Positions 8,038 through 15,949 of a stretch of 64,000 bases of DNA are shown here, one piece after another; the stretch's first letter is position 1; the number at the start of each line of letters is the position of its first letter. This DNA comes from Dehalococcoidia bacterium (GTDB lineage: Bacteria; Chloroflexota; Dehalococcoidia; Lucifugimonadales; HRBIN23): contig JANXCH010000011.1 of the NCBI GenBank assembly GCA_025060295.1, forward strand, positions 178,446 to 242,445. The letters are read 5' to 3'. The notes beneath the pieces are model-generated. The model worked only from the letters and a program-made list of their open reading frames with translations, had not been told where the DNA came from and made no database searches. The position numbers were made by a program, and so were the translations under genes.

Positions 8038-11000
8038 CGCAGATTTCCTTAGACCTCCAACGTTACCCCCCGGCCGTGCTGGAGGAATACACCCGCGCCC
8101 TGGGGGAGATGAGCCGGATGGCTAATGGGGAGCGCCTCCTGTGGTGGGCACGGCACGGCCTCGCCCTGGCCCAGCAAGCCCCCCGCTCCTGGGAGGCCGC
8201 CGCCGAGTACTTCAAAGCCAGCCCCACCGTGCTCCCCGTGCTCACCTGGGAGCAGTTCCCCCTCTGGGCACAAGGGGGCTATGACCTCTGCCAGCAGTCC
8301 CCGTCCATGGCCGTCGCCTACTTCCGCGCCGGGCCGGCCAGTGTCCCCCACATCCGCCCCTCCCGCATCCCCCAATGGGTAAGTCTGGGCCAGCGCTTCT
8401 ACAAGGGCACCTGGAAATCTACCGCCTTGGCGGTGCGCTTCTTTGAGGCCAGCCCCTCCCTTCTGGCGTCTCTCCCCTTCCCCGACCTGGAGCGGTTCGT
8501 GGCCTTCCTGGAGCGCCTTACCACCCGCTCCTACGATTTAGCCACCGAGTGTCTGGTTCTCGGGGAGGAGGTGTTCCCCAAGATAGGGGAGCATCGGGAT
8601 GCTTTCGTAGCCCTCCTCTCCGCCCTCTCGGAGACGGCCTCTTGGCGAGAGGTGAAGGCCTGCTTTGAGGCGGCCGCCCGCGCCCTGCCTCGCCTGGAGA
8701 GGTCCCAACGGGGGCGTTTCCTGCGCCTGGCCGAATGCCTGGCCAAGAGCGGGTATGCCAACCTCTCCACCTTCCTGCTGGAGGCCTCGGAGGCCCTGGC
8801 CCAGGTGGACGCCTCCGCCCACGCCACCCTGCTGGGTATGGCCGAGGCCCTCCAGGCAGTGGCCCCGGAGGCCCTCCCCGACTTTCTCAAGAACGCCCCC
8901 GCAGTGCTGGAGCGCATCACCCTCCCCCAGATGGAGGCGTGGTTTGCCGAGGGGGTGCGCCTGCTGCGCACCCACAAAGAGGCCGGCCTGGCCTACTTCC
9001 GCCTGGAGACCGTCCGCGCCGAGCAGGTGCTGGAGGCCCTCTCCTCGGCCGTAGAACTGGGGCGGGTCAAAGACCTTATGCGCCTGTACTGTCGCGCTCT
9101 GGCCGGCTCCCAGGTGGAAATCGCCTCCTCCCAGGAACTGGTTCAGAAGGGCATCGGCTGGGTGGACAAAGAGAAGCCCACCACCGAGGGCACCACTGTC
9201 TACCTGCCCCCCCTGGCCGACCGCTACCCCAGCAAGGCCGAAAACTTCGCCTGGTATAAAGTCATCGCCACCCACCAGGTGGCCCACTTGGAGTTCGGCA
9301 GTTTCACCTTCGCCTATCACCGCCCCTCCACCTGCTTCAAAGACCTACGCCCCACTCTCAAGCCCCCCTCCCTCCCAACCCAAGAGGCCTGGCTCACCGA
9401 TATGCAGCGCTTCTTCGCCCTCTTTCCGGAAAAGCGCCTGGCCCTGGATATCTTCACCGTGCTGGAGGACGGGCGCCTGGACGCCCGGGTCAAACGGGAA
9501 TACGCCGGCATCCGCACCCCCTACCAGCGGGTGCAGGAGGACTCCCTGGCCCAACGCCCCCCTCTGGAGAGCCTGCCCGCCCGGGAGGCCCTGGTGGAAC
9601 TGCTGGTGCGCTTGACCCTTCAGCAGTATCGCCTCCCGACCCCCTTTCCGTACCTGAAGGAGGCCCGTGCCCTGGCCCGCCTGGTCCGCATCCTGACCCG
9701 TCCCGCCACCACGGTGGAGGACACCGCCGAAGCCACCCTCCGCGCCTATGCCATCATCTCCCGCGTCCCCAACGAGCACCTCCCCCAGGAGCAGTGGCAG
9801 GAGCAGGACTACAACCAGGAGCAGGAGGAGCAGGAGCAGCAGGAAGACACCTCCCTCCACCAGGTGCTCCAAAGCCTCTCCCCCCAGGATCGCCCCGAGC
9901 GCCAGCCCCACGAACAGCCCTATCAATCCCCCAAGCAGGTGGACTATCGGGGCGAGTTCAAGCCCGAACTGGTGCAACTGCTGGCCAAACTGAAGCAAAC
10001 GGGGGAGCAGAGACAAAACCAATCCGCCTCCGACGCCATCACCCGCGAGCTTCTGGAGCAACTGCTCAAGGAGAGCGCCGAACTGGAGGCGGAGCAGGGC
10101 AATATCTCCCAAACGGTGGGCATGTTCGCCAACAACCTCATGCGGGAGGCGGGCATCGCCCAACCCCCACCTGTCCCCGCCTTTGGCCAGGGCCCGCTTA
10201 TGCACATAGACGACGAGGGGGGCCCCCTGGAGACCACCGAGCCCCATACCTACCTCTACGACGAATGGGACTTCCGCGCCGGCGACTATAAGCCCCGGTG
10301 GTGCATGGTGCGGGAGAAGAGCATGGCCGAAGGGGATACGGCCTTCTGGGACCAGACCCTTCAGACCTACGCCGCTTTGGTGAACCAGGTGCGCAAGCAG
10401 TTTGAACTGGTGGTGCCCGAGACCTTCCGCAAGATTAAGCGCTTGAAGGACGGGGAGGAGTTTGACCTGGACGCAGTGCTGGAGGCGATGGTGGACCGGC
10501 GCGCCGGCCTCACCCCCTCGGAAAAGGTTTACTGGCGACGCAATAAGGTGGAGCGGGATGTGGCGGTGGTGTTCGTGTTGGATATGAGCGCCTCCACCGC
10601 CGAGGCGATTGAGGAGAGCAAACAGGAGTCCTGGGACGCCCCCGACGACCCGGTGGAGTATATGCTATGGCTCCGCACCCGCCGCGGGGAGCACCCCCGC
10701 CGCACCTATAAGCGCATCATAGACCTGGAGAAGGAGAGCCTGGTCATCCTGATCCAGGCCCTTCAGACCCTGGGCGACCAGTATGGCATCTACGGCTTTT
10801 CGGGCTACGGGCGGGAGAACGTGGAGTTTTACGCCATCAAGGACATCAAGGAGGCCTTCGGCGACTGCGTGAAACGGCGCATCGACAAGATATCCCCCCT
10901 CCACGCCACCCGCATGGGACCCGCCATCCGCCACGCCATCACCAAACTGGAAGCCGTGGAGGCCAAGACCAAGGTGCTGTTCCTCCTGAGCGACGGCCGC

Positions 11001-11237
11001 CCCCAGGACCGGGGCTATAGCCGAGAGGGCGTGGAGAAAGAATACGCTGTCCACGACACCCACAAGGCCCTGTTAGAGGCCAAGCAGAAGAACATCATCC
11101 CCTTCTGCCTCACAGTGGACAAGAACGGGCACGACTACCTCAAGACCATGTGCGCCGACATCGGCTACGAGGTGCTGGCGGACATCTACTCCTTGCCCCA
11201 GCGTTTGCCCTTCCTGTATCGCCGGCTCACTGTTTAG
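8010..11237 (+). CDS. Large VWA-domain protein, CbbO/NorD-like partner of the AAA+
   Basis: C-terminal VWA with MIDAS VVFVLDMSAST and ...LLSDGRPQD. The long helical N-terminal region has a Q/E-rich linker. The start overlaps the Nudix stop by 28 nt. Confidence 0.75.
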   Translation: MDGHTPLTLTQISLDLQRYPPAVLEEYTRALGEMSRMANGERLLWWARHGLALAQQAPRSWEAAAEYFKASPTVLPVLTWEQFPLWAQGGYDLCQQSPSMAVAYFRAGPASVPHIRPSRIPQWVSLGQRFYKGTWKSTALAVRFFEASPSLLASLPFPDLERFVAFLERLTTRSYDLATECLVLGEEVFPKIGEHRDAFVALLSALSETASWREVKACFEAAARALPRLERSQRGRFLRLAECLAKSGYANLSTFLLEASEALAQVDASAHATLLGMAEALQAVAPEALPDFLKNAPAVLERITLPQMEAWFAEGVRLLRTHKEAGLAYFRLETVRAEQVLEALSSAVELGRVKDLMRLYCRALAGSQVEIASSQELVQKGIGWVDKEKPTTEGTTVYLPPLADRYPSKAENFAWYKVIATHQVAHLEFGSFTFAYHRPSTCFKDLRPTLKPPSLPTQEAWLTDMQRFFALFPEKRLALDIFTVLEDGRLDARVKREYAGIRTPYQRVQEDSLAQRPPLESLPAREALVELLVRLTLQQYRLPTPFPYLKEARALARLVRILTRPATTVEDTAEATLRAYAIISRVPNEHLPQEQWQEQDYNQEQEEQEQQEDTSLHQVLQSLSPQDRPERQPHEQPYQSPKQVDYRGEFKPELVQLLAKLKQTGEQRQNQSASDAITRELLEQLLKESAELEAEQGNISQTVGMFANNLMREAGIAQPPPVPAFGQGPLMHIDDEGGPLETTEPHTYLYDEWDFRAGDYKPRWCMVREKSMAEGDTAFWDQTLQTYAALVNQVRKQFELVVPETFRKIKRLKDGEEFDLDAVLEAMVDRRAGLTPSEKVYWRRNKVERDVAVVFVLDMSASTAEAIEESKQESWDAPDDPVEYMLWLRTRRGEHPRRTYKRIIDLEKESLVILIQALQTLGDQYGIYGFSGYGRENVEFYAIKDIKEAFGDCVKRRIDKISPLHATRMGPAIRHAITKLEAVEAKTKVLFLLSDGRPQDRGYSREGVEKEYAVHDTHKALLEAKQKNIIPFCLTVDKNGHDYLKTMCADIGYEVLADIYSLPQRLPFLYRRLTV

Positions 11238-11241
11238 GTCT

Positions 11242-11607
11242 ATGGCCCTCTCCCGCAAGCGTGCTCTGGCCTATGCCGAGAAGGTGCTGGCCACGCCCCG
11301 CGCCCACCTGAGTGTTACCTTGCGGCAGGGGAAAGGAGGGGTAACCCTCCTGCACCGGGGGCGGGCTCTTACCGTCTGCCCCCTGTCCCGCAACGGCATG
11401 CAGGCGGCGGTGTTTGTGGCCCGGGCGCTGGGGGTGCCCGTGCCCCCTCTGGGCCAGAAGGTGCAGGCAGAGGTGTCCACGGGCGTCCTGTGGCGGGCCA
11501 TCGCCATCTCCTGCCTGGACTTCCGCAAGCCCTCCAGTTACATCCTGCTGGAGCGCTTGTTGGAGGAGGCGGAGACCTTGCGCGGCACCACCTCGGCGGA
11601 GATGTAG
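11242..11607 (+). CDS. Hypothetical protein (121 aa)
   Basis: The ORF starts 5 nt after the VWA gene stop on the same strand. No motif recognised. Confidence 0.4.
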   Translation: MALSRKRALAYAEKVLATPRAHLSVTLRQGKGGVTLLHRGRALTVCPLSRNGMQAAVFVARALGVPVPPLGQKVQAEVSTGVLWRAIAISCLDFRKPSSYILLERLLEEAETLRGTTSAEM

Positions 11608-11674
11608 GCCCCGTCTGCTAGCATGGGATTGTCAAGGGATATCCCATAACTTATCCTACCCTCAAGGAGGGTGC

Positions 11675-12754
11675 ATGCTCCGTGCCCCCCGCTTTTGGTT
11701 AGGCATCGGGGGGAGCCTGCTGTTCCTTGGGTTGTTCCTCTGGCGGGCCGACATTCCCCAGATGCTCCATGCCCTGCGCCAGGCCAACTACTGGTATGTG
11801 CTCCCGGGAGTGGGGCTGTATTTTGTGGCCCTCTGGTTCCGCACCCTGCGCTGGCGGGTTATCCTGCACCCTTTGGGGCGTCCCTCCCTGGGGCGTCTGT
11901 GGACGGTGCTGACGGTGGGCTATATGGCCAACAACCTCTTACCTGTGCGCTTGGGAGAACTGGTGCGGTCCTACTTCCTTTGGGAGAAGGAGCGCATCAG
12001 CGCCACCTCCGCCCTGGCCACCATCGTGGTGGAGCGGGTGTTTGATGGCCTGACTCTGCTCCTGTTGGCCCTGCTGATGTGGTCGTTTATGCCCATGGCC
12101 ACCATCCTGCAATCCCTGGGCGCCCAGACGGGCATCAATTGGCTGGTGCTGACCCTGGGGCTGAGCGTTCCCTTTTTCGTGGCGGTGGGGGTGCTGGTCG
12201 TGGTGGCGTTATTCCCCAAGGGCACGGTCAGGGGGCTGCTCGCCGTGGGCCGTGGGCTCCCCCCCCGTTTGCGGACCCCCGCCTTGGGCCTCGGGATACG
12301 CTTCCTCAACGGCCTGGCGGTGCTCAAAAGCCCTCAGCGGTGGGGCATGATCCTCGGCCTCTCCCTGCCCGTGTGGCTGGCCGAGGCGTCCATGTTTGCG
12401 GTCATCGGCGTGGGCTTTGGTCTGGAGGGGGAGTTGGGGGGATGGGGCGCGTTAGGGGCGGCTATGGTGCTCACCGTGGTGGTGGCCAACTTGGCCTTAT
12501 CCATCCCCTCCACGGGGGGTGGTGTGGGGCCTTTCGAGTTCTTCGCCGCCGCCACCTTGACCATCTTGGGTGCCCCGGCCAGTAGCGCGGCGGCTTTCGC
12601 CTTGGTCGCCCACATGGCGCTCCTGGTCCCGGTAATCCTTCTGGGGCTGATCTACCTGTGGGCGGAGAACATCTCCCTAATGCGCCTGGCTCGGGAGAGC
12701 CAACGCCCCGAGATGGTGATCTCCTCGGCACGAAGCAGTGAAGGCAGGGGGTAG
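11675..12754 (+). CDS. Flippase-like / lysylphosphatidylglycerol-synthase TM-region (UPF0104) membrane protein
   Basis: ATG 11675 follows an AAGGAGG RBS. About 8 TM helices with an FRTLRWRVIL...GYMANNLLPVRLGELVR block characteristic of this family. The track start at 11414 adds a Cys/Arg-rich artefact. Confidence 0.7.
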   Translation: MLRAPRFWLGIGGSLLFLGLFLWRADIPQMLHALRQANYWYVLPGVGLYFVALWFRTLRWRVILHPLGRPSLGRLWTVLTVGYMANNLLPVRLGELVRSYFLWEKERISATSALATIVVERVFDGLTLLLLALLMWSFMPMATILQSLGAQTGINWLVLTLGLSVPFFVAVGVLVVVALFPKGTVRGLLAVGRGLPPRLRTPALGLGIRFLNGLAVLKSPQRWGMILGLSLPVWLAEASMFAVIGVGFGLEGELGGWGALGAAMVLTVVVANLALSIPSTGGGVGPFEFFAAATLTILGAPASSAAAFALVAHMALLVPVILLGLIYLWAENISLMRLARESQRPEMVISSARSSEGRG

Positions 12755-12756
12755 GC

Positions 12757-14142
12757 ATGCGCGTGGGCATCATCGGCGGGGGGGCGGCGGGGCTGGCAGC
12801 CGCTTACGAACTGGTGCGCCAGGGCCACCAGGCGGTGGTCTTTGAGCGGGCCACCTTCCTGGGGGGGCAGGCCAGCACCTTCACTGTGGGCGGGGCGCGC
12901 TTGGAGCGGGGCTACCACCACCTGTTCACCAGCGATGTGGACATGGTGTGGCTCATCCGGGAGGTGGGCCTGGGCCAGCGGTTGGCGTGGATTCCGTCTA
13001 AAGTGGGCCTGTTCTATGGAGGGCGCATCTGGAACTTCACCACCCCCACAGACCTTCTGCGCTTCGCCCCCCTGACCCTTCCGCAACGCCTGCGCCTGGG
13101 CCTCATCAGCCTCTCTCTGCAACGCTATCGCAACTGGCGCGCCCTGGAACCCTACACCGCCACCCAGCGCCTCCCCCGCTTGGTGGGGCAACGCCCCTAC
13201 GAGGTGGTGTGGGAGCCCCTCCTACGGGGCAAGTTCGGGCGCCACTACCAGGAGATCGGCCTGGCCTGGTTCTGGGGGAAAATCGCCTTGCGCTTCGCCT
13301 CCCGAGGGCGGTTGATGGCCCAGGAGCGCCTGGGCTACCCCATGGGCAGTTTCGGGGAGGTGTTTGACATCGTGGGGGAGCAGGTTACAAAGCACGGGGG
13401 GCAGGTGCACCTGGCCACCGCCGTGCGCCGCGTGCTAGTGGACGGGGAGCGGGCCGTGGGGCTGGAGGTGGACTCCCCCAACGGTACACGCCAAGAGGCC
13501 TTTGACGCTATTATCGCCACAGTGCCGTCCTTCATCTTCCCCCGTTTGGTGCCATCTTTGCCCTCGGCATACCTGGAGCGCCTGACAGGTGTTACCTACC
13601 TGGCGGCCGTGCTGATCGTCCTGGTGCTGCGGCGTCCCCTCTCCTCTATCTACTGGCTCAACATCGCCGACCGGAGCATCCCCTTTGTGGCGATCATTGA
13701 GCACACCAACTACATCCCCCCGCAGCACTACGGGGGGAAACACATCGTCTACATCTCCAACTACCTGGACAAAAACGACCCTCTGGCGCGTATGAGCCAC
13801 CACGAGTTGCTGGAGACCTATCTGCCCCACCTGCGCCGCCTCAACCCCGCTTTTGACCCATCCTGGATTGAGGAGAGCTACTACCATCGGGAGGAGGCCG
13901 CCCAGCCCATCATTACCACCCACTACTCCCGCCGCATCCCGTCCCATCGCACGCCCATCAAAGGTCTCTACCTGGCCAACACCACCCAGATTTACCCCGA
14001 GGACCGGGGGACCAACTACAGCGTGCGCCTGGGGCGGAAAGTGGCCCGCATGCTTCTGAAGGACTACGGCCTGCCCGTGCAGGGGAAGTTGCCCCGTCCA
14101 GCCATCCCCGACAGCATCACCTCGGCCGAAGAGTGGGCCTGA
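12757..14142 (+). CDS. NAD(P)/FAD-dependent oxidoreductase (amine-oxidase/phytoene-desaturase-like)
   Basis: N-terminal dinucleotide fold VGIIGGGAAGLAAAYEL...VFERATFLGG. About 460 aa. Starts 3 nt after the upstream stop. Confidence 0.75.
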   Translation: MRVGIIGGGAAGLAAAYELVRQGHQAVVFERATFLGGQASTFTVGGARLERGYHHLFTSDVDMVWLIREVGLGQRLAWIPSKVGLFYGGRIWNFTTPTDLLRFAPLTLPQRLRLGLISLSLQRYRNWRALEPYTATQRLPRLVGQRPYEVVWEPLLRGKFGRHYQEIGLAWFWGKIALRFASRGRLMAQERLGYPMGSFGEVFDIVGEQVTKHGGQVHLATAVRRVLVDGERAVGLEVDSPNGTRQEAFDAIIATVPSFIFPRLVPSLPSAYLERLTGVTYLAAVLIVLVLRRPLSSIYWLNIADRSIPFVAIIEHTNYIPPQHYGGKHIVYISNYLDKNDPLARMSHHELLETYLPHLRRLNPAFDPSWIEESYYHREEAAQPIITTHYSRRIPSHRTPIKGLYLANTTQIYPEDRGTNYSVRLGRKVARMLLKDYGLPVQGKLPRPAIPDSITSAEEWA

Positions 14143-14243
14143 CGGGCTACGCCTACGACCCCGTCCTCTCTTAGGGGCAGGTGCCCCTTCCCCACGCCAA
14201 GCGCCTTTCCGTGCACCCTGCGTCGCGGCTGCACTAGGGTGCA

Positions 14244-14252
14244 TGCTATACT
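14244..14252 (+). promoter_or_regulatory. Extended -10 promoter TGcTATACT
   Basis: TG at 14244-14245 and TATACT at 14247-14252, 19 nt upstream of ATG 14271. An 8-bp inverted repeat (GTGCACCC/GGGTGCA) lies immediately upstream. Confidence 0.5.
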
Positions 14253-14270
14253 GGCTTCGGGTGGTCCCCG

Positions 14271-15353
14271 ATGAGCACATCCCCCCAACAGTTCGGAGAT
14301 CTCTTACAGTTGCTCCGCCAGCACCCCGAGTGGCGGGAGGAATTGCGCCGTTGGGTGCTGACGGAGGAGGTGTTGGCGTTGCCCCCGGTGGTGCAGGCGC
14401 TGGCCGAAGCCCAAAAGCGTACCCAGGAGCACTTGGCCCGCCTGGCGGAGCACCAGGAACGCCTCACCCAACGGGTAGAAGATCTCGCCCAGGGCCTGGT
14501 CCACCTGACGCAGCGGATAGACGCCCTTACCGAGCGGGTGGACACCCTCGCCCAAGACCTCGTCATCCTCACCCAGCGGGTGGATGACCTTACCCAACGG
14601 CTGGACACCCTCACCGCACGGGTGGACACCCTCCCCCAGCGGGTCGACGACCTCACCCAACGGCTGGACATCCTCACCGCACGGGTGGACGCCCTCGCCC
14701 AAGACCTCATCATCCTCACCCGGCGAGTGGACGCCCTCACCGAGCGAGTGGATACCCTTACGCAACGGCTGGACGCCCTGACGGCACGGGTGGACACCCT
14801 CACCCAGCGGGTGGATGATCTTACAGCTCAGGTAGAAACCCTCACCCGTCGGATGGACCAGCTGACAGAGCAGATGCGCACCCTGGTGGAGGTGCAGCAG
14901 CGCATGGCGTCCGACCTAGGGCAGGTGAAGGGCTGGGCAGCCGAGGCCCGCTACCGCACCTATGCCCCCGCCTACCTACGGGAGTTGGTGCGGCGCACCC
15001 ATGTCCTCACCACCGAAGAGGTGATGCACCTTCTGGAAGACCTGGAGGCGGCGGGGCGTCTCACCCACCAGCAGGTGGCTTCGCTGGCCGAGGCTGACCT
15101 GCTGGTGCGGGGGCGATGGCGCAGGGATGGGCGGGAGGTCTACCTGGTGGTGGAGGTCTCCTGGGGCGTGGGGCTGGAGGATGTGGTGCAGGCACGGAAG
15201 CGGGCGGATATCCTGTCCGCAGCGGGCCTGGAGGCGGTGCCCGTCGTGGCGGGGGCGTGGGTGGCCCCCGACGCTTCCCAGGCAGCGCGGACGATGCAGG
15301 TGTGGCAGGTTACCGACGGCACCGTTGCCCCTCCTGGCGACGCTCAAGGTTAG
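14271..15353 (+). CDS. Coiled-coil heptad-repeat protein with C-terminal endonuclease-like domain (function unknown)
   Basis: About 20 consecutive L(T/A)xR(V/L)Dx heptads (aa 65-205). The C-terminal ~130 aa carry EADLLVRG...EVYLVVEVSWGV...DVVQARKRADIL. Confidence 0.7.
   Translation: MSTSPQQFGDLLQLLRQHPEWREELRRWVLTEEVLALPPVVQALAEAQKRTQEHLARLAEHQERLTQRVEDLAQGLVHLTQRIDALTERVDTLAQDLVILTQRVDDLTQRLDTLTARVDTLPQRVDDLTQRLDILTARVDALAQDLIILTRRVDALTERVDTLTQRLDALTARVDTLTQRVDDLTAQVETLTRRMDQLTEQMRTLVEVQQRMASDLGQVKGWAAEARYRTYAPAYLRELVRRTHVLTTEEVMHLLEDLEAAGRLTHQQVASLAEADLLVRGRWRRDGREVYLVVEVSWGVGLEDVVQARKRADILSAAGLEAVPVVAGAWVAPDASQAARTMQVWQVTDGTVAPPGDAQG
14463..14885 (+). repeat. In-frame 21-nt (heptad) tandem repeats with a duplicated 147-nt higher-order unit
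   Basis: Two 49-aa super-repeats beginning LAQDL(V/I)ILT (aa 93-141 and 142-190), plus a 21-aa partial copy (aa 72-92). Confidence 0.8.
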
Positions 15354-15419
15354 CCCTTTCTAGGGACACCGCCACACCCCTTCCCCCTTGCAGAGGCGGG
15401 GCAACCATGCTACCATCCT

Positions 15420-15428
15420 TGTGATAGT
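15420..15428 (+). promoter_or_regulatory. Possible extended -10 promoter TGtGATAGT
   Basis: The CCTTGTGATAGTT element lies 21 nt upstream of GTG 15449. It shares the 11-mer TCCTTGTGATA with the element at 45940-45950. Confidence 0.35.
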
Positions 15429-15448
15429 TGCGACTTTCACGAGGTGGT

Positions 15449-15949
15449 GTGGTGTCCTCCTCCGATGAGGCCCTCCGCCAGCGCATCCGCCAGGCCATCG
15501 CCAGCCAGCCCCAGCCTACGGTAACTGTCCTGTCGTCCCTCCTAGCGGTGCAGGATGCGGTGGGCTGGCTCCCCCCCGAGGCCATAGAAGAGGTGGCCCG
15601 CCACACGGGCGCCACCGTTAACGATGTGTGGGCCGTAGCGTCCTTTTATACCAACTTCCGCTTCACCCCGCCCGGGATCCACACCATTGAGGTGTGCTGG
15701 GGGCCTACCTGCCACCTGCTGGGTGCCCAAGCTATCCTGCGGGCAGTGCAGGAGGCGCTGGGCCTGCCCGGCGAGGGCGATACCCCCGATAAGCGTTTCT
15801 CCCTGAAACTGAACACCTGCCTCGGGGCCTGCGCCCAAGCCCCCGCCCTCCTCCTGGACCACCACCTCTACGGGCGGGTCACGCCCGAGCAGGCGCGCCG
15901 CCTCCTGCAGGGCCTGAACCACACTGCCCCCCACCAGGAGGCCCCATGA
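15449..15949 (+). CDS. nuoE: NuoE-like thioredoxin-fold [2Fe-2S] subunit
   Basis: C-x4-C...C-x3-C pattern (EVCWGPTCHLLG ... NTCLGACAQAP). The GTG 15449/15452 start follows a GAGGTGG RBS and is preferred over TTG 15428. Confidence 0.8.
   Translation: MVSSSDEALRQRIRQAIASQPQPTVTVLSSLLAVQDAVGWLPPEAIEEVARHTGATVNDVWAVASFYTNFRFTPPGIHTIEVCWGPTCHLLGAQAILRAVQEALGLPGEGDTPDKRFSLKLNTCLGACAQAPALLLDHHLYGRVTPEQARRLLQGLNHTAPHQEAP

Noticed and set aside
11414-11674. N-terminal 87-codon extension of the flippase-like gene (track start 11414), overlapping the 121-aa ORF.
   Set aside because: The extension is Cys/Arg/Pro-rich and overlaps another ORF. A strong AAGGAGG RBS precedes ATG 11675, where the hydrophobic protein actually begins.
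14463-14885. CRISPR-like or minisatellite periodicity (also at 27377-27565).
   Set aside because: The period is 21 nt with no unique spacers, and the repeats are in frame inside ORFs encoding heptad coiled coils. No cas genes are present in the window.
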